Shown piece after piece: positions 10,100-18,694 of a DNA stretch of 64,000 nt. This stretch comes from Candidatus Omnitrophota bacterium. GTDB taxonomy: Bacteria > Omnitrophota > Gorgyraeia > Gygaellales > Profunditerraquicolaceae. The notes beneath the pieces were generated by a model that saw nothing but the letters and a program-made list of their open reading frames with translations, did no database searches and had not been told where the DNA came from. Made by a program: the position numbers and the translations under genes. Location: contig WOZK01000030.1 in assembly GCA_011620275.1 (NCBI GenBank), positions 6,242-70,241 of the forward strand, given 5' to 3'. Position 1 is the first letter of the stretch. The number at the start of each line of letters is the position of its first letter.

Positions 10100-10666
10100 C
10101 TACACGGAAGCGGCAAGGTTCGCCGCCAGCGCCTCCCCCAGAACGGCTATATCCTCGGTACAGAAAATACTGCCGGCGGTACTGTCGAAGAGCATAATGG
10201 CTTCAGCCGTGAACTCGGCGTCCGCCAGCCAGAAAACGATCTTTACCGGCACTCCGGGAAAAACCTCTATCACTACGCAGGCGTCTCCCTCCGGTAACTC
10301 ACCGGCCGTCCCAGACAGCCACCTGCAGAACCCGGCGACCGCTTCACGCGGGTTTTTTCCGTATTTTGCGAGCAACGGCTCCAACGCCCGCTTACGGAAA
10401 GCCGGATAATAAAACTCCCCTGCCGGCAGTTCCCTGAAAGATATCCATTTCCCTTCCAGCCGGGGGATCCCTTTCAGCGCGGCCGCGGCATAATGCAGCA
10501 AAAGGATGGAAAGATACGGTTTACCCCTTCCGCCGGAGGAGGAAACGCATTCCCTGGAACTCGGATCAAGAAAATATTCCTGACCGAGAAAAACAGTCTT
10601 TACGGGAGCGGACGCGCGCGAGGATAATTCCTCCCATCCCTTGTTCAGCGCGTTGTCGTAACCCAT
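10100..10666 (-). CDS. Hypothetical protein (possibly DUF3786 family)
   Basis: 188 aa. Motif ...LLLHYAAAALKG...WISFRELPAGEFYYPAF resembles DUF3786 as remembered. No catalytic motif recognised. Confidence 0.35.
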   Translation of the reverse strand: MGYDNALNKGWEELSSRASAPVKTVFLGQEYFLDPSSRECVSSSGGRGKPYLSILLLHYAAAALKGIPRLEGKWISFRELPAGEFYYPAFRKRALEPLLAKYGKNPREAVAGFCRWLSGTAGELPEGDACVVIEVFPGVPVKIVFWLADAEFTAEAIMLFDSTAGSIFCTEDIAVLGEALAANLAASV

Positions 10667-10865
10667 ACTTTATTTTACTATTTTTGCCTCACAAATCAAA
10701 CATTAATAAAGACTGCTCTCCCCGAACAAAGAAAAGAGCCTCATACTTCTCGCCCGCTTACGCCTCTTGTGTTTCACCTTCTTAGTTCTTTTACGTCCCT
10801 GGCCTTAACGCTTCGTATTGTGAAATACCTGTCTTTCCGCGTGATTTTAGGCTATAATATTTTTC

Positions 10866-12794
10866 ATGTTCAAATATGACCGTTTCCAGCAGGAAGCAAT
10901 TGACCATATCAACAACGGGCATTCCGTAATCGTCTCCGCGCCTACCGGAGCGGGCAAAACCGCGATCGCCGAACACGTCATAGACACCTGCATCAATAAC
11001 AACACCGGCGTGATATACACCGCGCCGATAAAAGCCCTTTCCAACCAGAAATTTCGCGATTTCCAAAACCGCCTCGGAGATAATATAGGCATACTCACCG
11101 GGGACATCTCGCTGAACCCCGAGGCCCCGGTGTTGATCATGACCACGGAGATTTTTCGCAACAAGATACTCGACGACCAGGAGTCGCTGAAGAAATACCG
11201 CTGGATCATATTCGACGAAGTGCACTACCTGGACAATGAGGAACGCGGCACCGTGTGGGAAGAGTCGCTTATCTTCCTCCCCTCACACATGAACCTGCTG
11301 GCCCTTTCCGCTACCATACCCAATATCAAGCAAATAGCGGAATGGATAGAAAGCATCCATAACAAGCCGGTGCAAACGGTAGTCGAAACCGAGCGTCCGG
11401 TCCCGCTGCATTTCCTTTTCCAGTGCCAGAACCAGGTGGTCGACAGTCTTCCTGCCCTGAAGAACATAAAGGGACTTCCGGAACTGCCGTATAAATTCCA
11501 CAGGCAAAACCCGCGCACCGGTTACGGATTGAACAAGATCGGTCCGCTCATAAAACACATCCGCGAACGGGAAGGATTCCCTTGTATATATTTCGTCTTC
11601 GGCCGCAGGCGCGCCGAAGACCTGGCGAAAGATCTCTGCAGGTTCGATCTCCTGCCGAAAGACGACTGCGGTAAAATAACGGCCCTTTATGAGGAACTCT
11701 GCCGAAAGTTCGACCTGACCCGTGAACGTTCGGCGCAGGAGATGTCCGACCTAGTGAAGAAAGGCATCGCTTTTCACCACGCGGGCATGCTGCCGACGCT
11801 CAAAGAAGTCATCGAACGGCTCTTCACCAGCCGTCTGCTGAAAGTAATCTTCACCACGGAGACCTTCGCGTTAGGCATAAACATGCCGAGCAGATCGGTC
11901 GTCTTCGACGATCTGCGCAAATTCTACGGGCGCTACGTGCGCAACCTGAAAACGCGCGATTTCTACCAGATGGCGGGCCGCGCGGGCAGGCGCAGCATAG
12001 ACACGGAAGGATACGTTTATTGCAGGATCAATCCCGCCAAGCTGAGTTACAACGACATCAACCGCGTCATTTACGGAAGCCCCGAGGAGGTGCACAGCCA
12101 GCTTAACACATCATATGCCACCGTCCTCAATCTTTACGAAAAATACCGGGACGACCTCTATAAAATATATCCGCTCTCCCTACATTATTTCCAATGCCGC
12201 AAAGAAGAGCAGAAAGAGGCCTTGCGCCTGATAGAGGCAAAGTTGAATCTCCTCAAAGACAATGGTTACATAAAAAACGGGGAGCTCACTCCCAAAGGGC
12301 AGTTCGCCAAGACCGTTTACGGTTACGAGCTGCTACTATCCGAGCTTTACGAACGCAACGTGCTTGAGCAGCTGGATGAATTCGGGCTGGGTATAATGGC
12401 GGCGGCGGCGGTCTTTGAACCGCGTAAAAACCAGCAGATGCTGAATCTCTCCAAAAGCGCCAGGCGCATAAGAGCGGTCTGCGAAGAGATCTACGCCCAT
12501 ATAAAACAACTCGAGATATCACGGCGTATCTATCCTTTGAGCAAAGAGCCTTACTTCCATTTAAGCGGGAGCATAGAATCCTGGCTGAGAGGAACGTCTT
12601 TTGAGAAAACCCTGCTTTTAACCGACACCGATGAGGGGGAGATTGTACGATACTTCCGGATGAGCGTGCAGATACTGCGCGAGATAGGGGACTCCGAGGT
12701 CGCCTCCCCTCTGCTGAAAGAAAAGATCCGTGAAACGGCGCGAGTGATCAACCGCGACATCATAGACGCGGAAAAACAACTGCGGGAAACGTAA
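10866..12794 (+). CDS. Ski2/Mtr4-like DEVH-box RNA helicase (HelY-like)
   Basis: 642 aa. Walker A SAPTGAGKT, DEVH box (FDEVHYLD). Strong similarity to Mtr4/Ski2 motifs (YTAPIKALSNQKFRDF, LIMTTEI, LSATIPN). One of only two plus-strand genes. Confidence 0.8.
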   Translation: MFKYDRFQQEAIDHINNGHSVIVSAPTGAGKTAIAEHVIDTCINNNTGVIYTAPIKALSNQKFRDFQNRLGDNIGILTGDISLNPEAPVLIMTTEIFRNKILDDQESLKKYRWIIFDEVHYLDNEERGTVWEESLIFLPSHMNLLALSATIPNIKQIAEWIESIHNKPVQTVVETERPVPLHFLFQCQNQVVDSLPALKNIKGLPELPYKFHRQNPRTGYGLNKIGPLIKHIREREGFPCIYFVFGRRRAEDLAKDLCRFDLLPKDDCGKITALYEELCRKFDLTRERSAQEMSDLVKKGIAFHHAGMLPTLKEVIERLFTSRLLKVIFTTETFALGINMPSRSVVFDDLRKFYGRYVRNLKTRDFYQMAGRAGRRSIDTEGYVYCRINPAKLSYNDINRVIYGSPEEVHSQLNTSYATVLNLYEKYRDDLYKIYPLSLHYFQCRKEEQKEALRLIEAKLNLLKDNGYIKNGELTPKGQFAKTVYGYELLLSELYERNVLEQLDEFGLGIMAAAAVFEPRKNQQMLNLSKSARRIRAVCEEIYAHIKQLEISRRIYPLSKEPYFHLSGSIESWLRGTSFEKTLLLTDTDEGEIVRYFRMSVQILREIGDSEVASPLLKEKIRETARVINRDIIDAEKQLRET

Positions 12795-12806
12795 GACGGC
12801 CGTAAA

Positions 12807-13748
12807 CTACCTGCTCCCCTCTTTTCCCCTGAGGTAATCCTGCACTATCTTTTTATGGTCAAAAGCGAATTCCATACCGGCAAGCTCCTGCCTTGAAACG
12901 GTTTTCACCTCGGCGGCATCGTCCCCGGCGACCGGGGTCCCAGAGGAACTGCCGATAAAAACCGTGCCCACCGTGTGAAAACGCGGATCGCGCCCGGGAT
13001 CGGAATAGGTATGGAACTGCCTGAGCTCCGATAACTCCAGTCCCGTCTCCTCTCTGGCCTCCCGCCTCACGGCGTCTTCCAGGCTTTCCCCGTAGTCCAC
13101 GAACCCGCCCGGCAGAGCCCAGCCGAAAGGCGGATTGCTCCTTTTTATGATCACGATCCCGCCCGCGCGCTCGATAACGGCGTCCACTGTAAGAAAAGGC
13201 TGTTTGAGCGTGCGCGTCATATATTCCAGGTAGCCGCAAACGTTCTTATCGAAAATCACGGCCGTTTCTTCGTCTTTAAGACAAAATAAGATCTCCTTCA
13301 GTGCGCCGGATTTCCCGCAGAACAAAAGCCTGTGCACCTCTTGCGCCATGATCTTTGCCGCCGCCTTGCAAGGAAAACCTCCCGTGCCGCAGCCCAAAGC
13401 GGGAAAAACGACTGAAGATATATCCAGTCCTGCCGCCATATTGAGAGCGCTCCGGCAGGAAGCCCGGATCTTTTTCTCGTCGGTGCGAAAATCCATCCCC
13501 ATGGTGACGGCGTGTATCACATACCTGGCTGCCAGCCTGCCCCCCGAGGTTACAACGGAATCGCCGATCTCCACCGGACCGCGGCTTACCGCTTCTTTTT
13601 CTATCTCTTCACCGCCGGCCTTCTTAATAGCCCCCGCGACCCCGCCGCCCATCAGCAGACGGTTGTTTGCGGCATTCACCAGCGCATCCGCTTTTACGGC
13701 GGTAATATCACCGCGTATAACTTTAATTTCGACGTCACGAATCAGCAT
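12807..13748 (-). CDS. Macro domain / NUDIX hydrolase fusion protein (ADP-ribose processing)
   Basis: N-terminal Macro motifs (VIRGDITAVKADALVNAANNRLLMGGGVAGAI). C-terminal Nudix box (GWALPGGFVDYGESLEDAVRREAREETGLEL). Confidence 0.7.
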   Translation of the reverse strand: MLIRDVEIKVIRGDITAVKADALVNAANNRLLMGGGVAGAIKKAGGEEIEKEAVSRGPVEIGDSVVTSGGRLAARYVIHAVTMGMDFRTDEKKIRASCRSALNMAAGLDISSVVFPALGCGTGGFPCKAAAKIMAQEVHRLLFCGKSGALKEILFCLKDEETAVIFDKNVCGYLEYMTRTLKQPFLTVDAVIERAGGIVIIKRSNPPFGWALPGGFVDYGESLEDAVRREAREETGLELSELRQFHTYSDPGRDPRFHTVGTVFIGSSSGTPVAGDDAAEVKTVSRQELAGMEFAFDHKKIVQDYLRGKEGSR

Positions 13749-13768
13749 ATCCTATCCTTCCCTCGGTT

Positions 13769-14290
13769 TCACACCTTCTGGCGGTAAATACCGTCATACC
13801 CTTTTCCCGCGGGATTAATCCCGGCGAAAACCAATTGTATCAGCCGGGCGTTCCTGCGTATGCGGATCCCGGCCGGATTCTGCACCACCAGTATGAATTC
13901 GCTCCTGCCGTGAAACCCCGCGTCCCATACCCCCGTCTGCGTGAACGCGCCGCATCTCAAAAGTGAACTGCGGGTAAAAGCGAAAGCGATCAATCCCAGA
14001 GGCATGCGCACGGTCTCATTGGTAGAAACCCGGTATGCCCCCTGTTTAAGAAGCCACCAGCCGCTGTTCCCGCCGCCCGGGACTTCCCTCACCCCGGGGA
14101 GCACCCGTCCGCTGTTATCGAAATCCACAGCCCCCTCGCCGTCGAAGGCATGTATCGTGGAAGCGGTAAAATCCATGCCGTTCGGCGTCAGTTGTTTTTC
14201 CAGATCCAGGAACCCGCTAACCAGGGATTGCGTTTCTATTAAACCGCGGATCTCCTCCCCGTTCAATATATTCCCCGCCGTCACGGCTGC
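13769..14290 (-). CDS. dCTP deaminase / dUTPase superfamily protein
   Basis: C-terminal ...GVWDAGFHGRSEFILVVQNPAGIRIRRNARLIQLVF matches the Dcd/Dut beta-barrel motif. The 5' end is uncertain. The ORF-track N-terminus is Gly-rich and overlaps a neighbouring small ORF. A non-ATG start is probable. Confidence 0.5.
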   Translation of the reverse strand, partial: AAVTAGNILNGEEIRGLIETQSLVSGFLDLEKQLTPNGMDFTASTIHAFDGEGAVDFDNSGRVLPGVREVPGGGNSGWWLLKQGAYRVSTNETVRMPLGLIAFAFTRSSLLRCGAFTQTGVWDAGFHGRSEFILVVQNPAGIRIRRNARLIQLVFAGINPAGKGYDGIYRQKV

Positions 14291-14481
14291 CTCAACTTTC
14301 TCCAGACAAAGATCACGGCCTTGCCCACCATCCAGACGAAAAGCAAAGCCGCCGCGAACACCAGGGAAAGCCCCAGCGCCGCGGACAAAAGAACGAAGAC
14401 CGGGAAGAAAAACAGCCATAATCCCGCCAGCATCCCCAACACAGATAAAAACAATAACCCTACCAGGAATGCTTTCATTTT
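14284..14481 (-). CDS. Small two-TM membrane protein (hypothetical)
   Basis: MKAFLVGLLFLSVLGMLAGLWLFFFPVFVLLSAALGLSLVFAAALLFVWMVGK... Start chosen at the internal Met. No homology recognised. Confidence 0.25.
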
Positions 14482-14812
14482 AATCGCTCCAGGAAGACAA
14501 TACGCCCCGGTGATCGAACCAGAGGACGATCGAAGGCCGGCCGCCGCGTTTATACACGAACCGGGTAGAGTCCACAGCCGCCGATATCTCGTCAGGCTCA
14601 CCGTAACTCTTCTTTATCTCCGCCGCCCCGCTTCCCAGTCCGATCCTGCCGGCGCGCAGGTCAGCCTCCAGCCTGTCTTTGGCGGCGGCATCGGCTTTCG
14701 CCGCGTATCCGCCGAACGAACGAAACGCAACAACGCTTTCCCTGCCGCCGCAGCACCCGGACACAAAGACAAACGCAGTTATGACGATAAAACAACCTGG
14801 GACTTTATGCAT
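14480..14812 (-). CDS. Small lipoprotein, BamE/SmpA-OmlA-like
   Basis: Lipobox VFVSGC. C-terminal ...FVYKRGGRPSIVLWFDHRGVLSSWS resembles the SmpA_OmlA fold motif. Start taken at MHKV. Confidence 0.4.
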   Translation of the reverse strand: MHKVPGCFIVITAFVFVSGCCGGRESVVAFRSFGGYAAKADAAAKDRLEADLRAGRIGLGSGAAEIKKSYGEPDEISAAVDSTRFVYKRGGRPSIVLWFDHRGVLSSWSD

Positions 14813-14837
14813 TACGCACCTCCTGGGGCCGTCCGGT

Positions 14838-15479
14838 TCATTCAATCTCCTCCTGAAGTTTCACAATCAGCTGCGATATCTCTTTCAATAAAGGCATCGG
14901 CAGCAATTTTTCCGTTTCAATCTCCCCGCGCAGGGTTTTCAACACGCTGACCAGCCGTTTGACCTGCGTGTTCTTTTTTTTCTCCCACGCCTCTTGCGGA
15001 TCAATTTCTTCTCTCTGCCTGATCAGCGCGCTCAGGTCCTTCTTGACGTCCCCTGCATCCCTGCCGTCTTCGAAGACCTGCTTTTTAAGCGTCGAATACT
15101 CGTCGTCTCCGAGTATCTTGCGGTTCTTAGCGCTGCGCAGGATATCCACCGCCTCATAAGAAGGCAACTGCCTGGCCTCCGCGGACTCGATGAATTCCTG
15201 CTTCAGATAAGCCGGCTCCTCTTTCTCCAGGAACATATAAGACCTCAAAAGCTTCAAAGCGGTCTGCTGTTTTATTCCCACTTCTTTGGCGGTGTAAAAC
15301 TCGAACTTGGAATATCCCCACTCCCGGTAAAGCTTGTCTTTCCAGACAGAATAAAGCGCCCTGCCGAACTCTATCCAGGAAGACTTAAAATCTTTTGCCG
15401 ACTTGAGGATATGCTCCCTCACCGAACCCGGCTCCACCTGCGCCAGTCTCTCTTCCAGCTTCATCAACGACTTGGACAT
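14838..15479 (-). CDS. Hypothetical protein
   Basis: 213 aa, charged/helical, no motif recognised. Codon usage matches neighbours. Confidence 0.4.
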   Translation of the reverse strand: MSKSLMKLEERLAQVEPGSVREHILKSAKDFKSSWIEFGRALYSVWKDKLYREWGYSKFEFYTAKEVGIKQQTALKLLRSYMFLEKEEPAYLKQEFIESAEARQLPSYEAVDILRSAKNRKILGDDEYSTLKKQVFEDGRDAGDVKKDLSALIRQREEIDPQEAWEKKKNTQVKRLVSVLKTLRGEIETEKLLPMPLLKEISQLIVKLQEEIE

Positions 15480-15591
15480 TATACTCTCCCCCTTACTTGC
15501 CGTATTACTGAAGTAATGAAGCTCCTCACCGGCTAAACTCGCCTTGATTAATTAGGATGAGTAAGCACACTCTCCTTGAATACTTCCTGTT

Positions 15592-16254
15592 TCATTTTCT
15601 TACCCTGCCGCTCTTTGCAACCCCGGCCTTCGGGCAGTACCGTTCCGCCGCGCATCTGCCGCAAAAAGGAGAAACCGGTCTGCAGATGTTCTGGCCGAAG
15701 GCCACCAGGACCGTGTTCAATTCTATCCAGTATCTGCGCGCGAAAAGCCCTTGCAGGGTTTTCTCGGTCTCCTCTGTCTTGACGCTCGTTACCCAGCCCA
15801 GACGGTTGGAGATACGATGCACGTGCGTATCAACGCATACCGCCGGTATGCCGTACCCCAATCCTATCACAAGATTGGCCGTTTTCCTTCCTACCCCTTT
15901 AATACTCAACAGACCCTCTATTGTACGCGGCACCTTGCCGCCGAAACGCTCCAGAATCACTCGGCTGGCGCCAAGGATCACTCCGGCCTTTGTCCGGTAA
16001 AACCCGACCGGAAAAATCAAACCGGATATCTTCTCTTCCGGCAGCCTCAACATCGAACGCGGATCAGAGGCCACTGTAAACAGCCAGCGGGAAGCCCGCA
16101 AGGCCACATTGTCTTTAGTGCGCAGGCTCAATATGCAGGAAATCAGCACCAGGTACGGATCGTCTTCAGCAGATATCTCCGTTACCGAAGGCAGGCGGAA
16201 ATCTGAGGCCTGCCGTCGGATAAGACGATAAACCTTCAGATATTCTCCGGCCAT
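15592..16254 (-). CDS. nth: Endonuclease III
   Basis: HhH-GPD motif LxxLxGVGRKTANLV and C-terminal 4Fe-4S ligands CxxxxxxCxxCxxxxxC. Confidence 0.85.
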   Translation of the reverse strand: MAGEYLKVYRLIRRQASDFRLPSVTEISAEDDPYLVLISCILSLRTKDNVALRASRWLFTVASDPRSMLRLPEEKISGLIFPVGFYRTKAGVILGASRVILERFGGKVPRTIEGLLSIKGVGRKTANLVIGLGYGIPAVCVDTHVHRISNRLGWVTSVKTEETEKTLQGLFARRYWIELNTVLVAFGQNICRPVSPFCGRCAAERYCPKAGVAKSGRVRK

Positions 16255-16547
16255 GTCCGCGTCAATCCCTCCTTATAAGCGCAAAGATAGTCGGACACCC
16301 AATGTTTATGCAGGATGGAACGTAAAGGCACACAATTGAATTCTTTACCGGAAACTGTGCGCCTAAGGCCGAAGCGCATTTCGTAAATATCGCAGTAATA
16401 TTGCCCGGAGGTATTACCCGGCCGCAGATGCTCGCAAGGGTCATCGAACCCCCCGCAGCAGGCGCCACACCTGCGGCAGCGCCCTTCCCAAAGCGCCTCC
16501 TGCCGAGACATATATTCTGAATAATCGGCTTCCCTATTTATTCCCAT
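16236..16547 (-). CDS. YkgJ/UPF0153 family Cys-rich Fe-S/Zn protein
   Basis: CRRCGACCGG motif (CxxCGxCC) typical of the YkgJ family. Confidence 0.6.
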   Translation of the reverse strand: MGINREADYSEYMSRQEALWEGRCRRCGACCGGFDDPCEHLRPGNTSGQYYCDIYEMRFGLRRTVSGKEFNCVPLRSILHKHWVSDYLCAYKEGLTRTWPENI

Positions 16548-16764
16548 GGCTACTTTATGCTGATAATCGAAAATCGAAATTAGACCGTCTCGCCACTGAA
16601 GCGTTGACGGACTCTGTGCGCTGTAAAAAACTTATAAAACAGCGCACTCACTACCCCCCTTCATCCTCCTTGATTGCCCCCCTCCTAAGTCCGCCCCATC
16701 GGGGGAAGGAAAAATTAGAGATACCCATTCGGGAGGAAAGATTGGTTGGGGCCTATTGGTTACC

Positions 16765-16820
16765 GTAGCCGTTACCGAATTAAGTATCGTGTCCCCGGAA
16801 TTACCAGTAGCCGTTACCGG
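16765..16820. repeat. Direct repeats GTAGCCGTTACCG x2 (43 bp apart) in the ykgJ upstream region
   Basis: Exact 13-mer at 16765-16777 and 16808-16820, with additional GGTAAC/GTTACC half-sites. Confidence 0.5.
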
Positions 16821-17411
16821 TTACTTAATACGCCATACATAGGCACCTTTATCCAGATCGAACACCTCCACGGGCGCGCCGGGCGGCAGGCTTTCCTGAA
16901 GACGCTTAGCGTATAACTTCTCTATTTCCTCCACCGCCACCCCGTTCCTGGCGGCCAGCTTCATATAAATCACCATGCGATCGCTGTTTTCTTCCTCGAT
17001 TATTTCCTTTTCCGCCCCGGAAGCCTGGCGTCTCAACTCCAGCAGTCCGGACCTGTTCTCTCCGGCGGTTCCCTTCTTCAGCAGAGCGATTATCTGCGCA
17101 AACCTGTTCTTTCTCCTCTGCACCGCGCCTTCTATTTCGGGATCGGAAACGGCGTCCGCGGCATAAGCGGCGGACGGCAGAATGACATTGAGTAAACTCT
17201 GTTTCCCGAGAGCCGACGGAGCAGAATCTGCGTTCGGAAACACCATATCCTCTATCTTATCTATGGTTTTCTCCAAATGCTGGTAAATGTCCAGCCGCAT
17301 GGAGATATCTACTTTGATGGGATCTTTCGGCGCTTCCACGCGCACCCTGGCACAGCCCAGCCCAAAAGTGATGCCCAACGTCCATAAACACGCCAATAGT
17401 ATTCTCGCCAT
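16821..17411 (-). CDS. YdbL-like (DUF1318) lipoprotein
   Basis: Signal peptide and lipobox (FGLGC). Motif ...AQIIALLKKGTAGENRSGLLELRR matches YdbL/DUF1318. Immediately downstream of a YdbH-like gene, as in E. coli ydbH-ynbE-ydbL. Confidence 0.5.
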   Translation of the reverse strand: MARILLACLWTLGITFGLGCARVRVEAPKDPIKVDISMRLDIYQHLEKTIDKIEDMVFPNADSAPSALGKQSLLNVILPSAAYAADAVSDPEIEGAVQRRKNRFAQIIALLKKGTAGENRSGLLELRRQASGAEKEIIEEENSDRMVIYMKLAARNGVAVEEIEKLYAKRLQESLPPGAPVEVFDLDKGAYVWRIK

Positions 17412-17440
17412 AGCTACCTCCATTTTTTAAAAAAGTAAAG

Positions 17441-18694
17441 TCACTTGCCGCCGATCATTCCATGCAAACGCACGTCGAAAATCCTTTTCCCCTGCTCGCC
17501 TTCGAAAACGGCGTATATACGCAGTTCCCGTTCAACGGTAGATAAATTGAGGATAGCGCTGCGATAACGGTAATCCCTTAAGCTGTCATAAATAGTCTGG
17601 AGAGGACGGCCGCTCTGCACCGCCAGATAATCAAGGATCTTTTTATCCCGTATATTCATACTCCCCCCGGACTGCGTCCCCAGAGAAGCGTTTACGTCTT
17701 GCAGGCCGGAACCTCCTCCTTCTAGGACTGCCTCACCGGAAGTGATTCCGCCGAGCGCCACCTTTTCCGAGAACCCTAATTCCCGGGAGACCACCGCCAG
17801 ATCGGAATTCTTAACCCGGAACCGGCATTTGTATTTTATACCGCCGTCCGCGCTGACGTAAAGATCGGCGGCGGCGGTCAAAGAACCGCTCCAGAGGGCT
17901 GCGGGAGAAAACAACGCCTGCACCGCGTCTTTTTCATCCACCCACACCTTCCCCTTCACTTTCTCAAGCCGCAAATCCTGAAAGGCAAATTTCTCTATGG
18001 TTATCTGCCCCTCTTTATTTTTACCCGGCAGATAAACGGAGATTCCCGACGCGGAAAACTTTCCGGCCCGCAGCATATCCACGCCGGCGAACAAATCAGT
18101 AAAAGACGTGCCGGAAAACCCGGCAGACAAAGAACCTTTTATCCCGAAAGCAGAGCAGTTCGCGCCGCTGCTTATCTCGGCGTTACGGATATCCAGTCTT
18201 TCAGGCATAAAACGCGGTAGTTTCAGGCCGCCGCTTATCCCGTTTCCGCCGGATTCGTTGCAGGTAAGAAGCAGCAGCGGGTTTTCAAAATAGACCCGCC
18301 GCGGCCTGCCGCAGAACAGAGAAACCGGGCTGAATTCCACACTCACTGCATCGGCGAAAAAAACGTATTTCCCGGGGACATCCAGCAGCAGCTCATTTAA
18401 CCTGATATAGCCGAAAGGATTAACGCGGCATTCCTTGAAAGAAGATACTGCGGAAGGCAACAACAGGGAAAATCCGCTCTGTACCGCCCGGCGCGTCAGT
18501 ATGCCGCCCGAAGCATAAAGCAGCAAGATTAACATAACCGCGCAAAGCAAAACAGTTCTTCTGCGCGTCTTATCGGCTGTCTGCTTATTCCGGCAACATT
18601 CCCGGAGCTTACCCCCATTCATCCCCGGGTTAAAACCCGAGAATTTCCGGGCGAGGAGATTACCGTTCTGGCGATCTGCCTTAGCCATAGACAT
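17441..18694 (-). CDS. YdbH/AsmA-like (DctA-YdbH domain) membrane protein
   Basis: N-terminal TM helix. C-terminal ...RDYRYRSAILNLSTVERELRIYAVFEGE... resembles the YdbH C-terminal domain. 417 aa is shorter than E. coli YdbH. Confidence 0.4.
   Translation of the reverse strand: MSMAKADRQNGNLLARKFSGFNPGMNGGKLRECCRNKQTADKTRRRTVLLCAVMLILLLYASGGILTRRAVQSGFSLLLPSAVSSFKECRVNPFGYIRLNELLLDVPGKYVFFADAVSVEFSPVSLFCGRPRRVYFENPLLLLTCNESGGNGISGGLKLPRFMPERLDIRNAEISSGANCSAFGIKGSLSAGFSGTSFTDLFAGVDMLRAGKFSASGISVYLPGKNKEGQITIEKFAFQDLRLEKVKGKVWVDEKDAVQALFSPAALWSGSLTAAADLYVSADGGIKYKCRFRVKNSDLAVVSRELGFSEKVALGGITSGEAVLEGGGSGLQDVNASLGTQSGGSMNIRDKKILDYLAVQSGRPLQTIYDSLRDYRYRSAILNLSTVERELRIYAVFEGEQGKRIFDVRLHGMIGGK

Noticed and set aside
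13769-14419. Full 216-aa ORF as the dCTP-deaminase-like protein
   Set aside because: The first ~45 residues are Gly/Arg-rich and overlap a neighbouring small membrane-protein ORF. The conserved fold is covered by the C-terminal ~170 aa, so a downstream non-ATG start is more likely.
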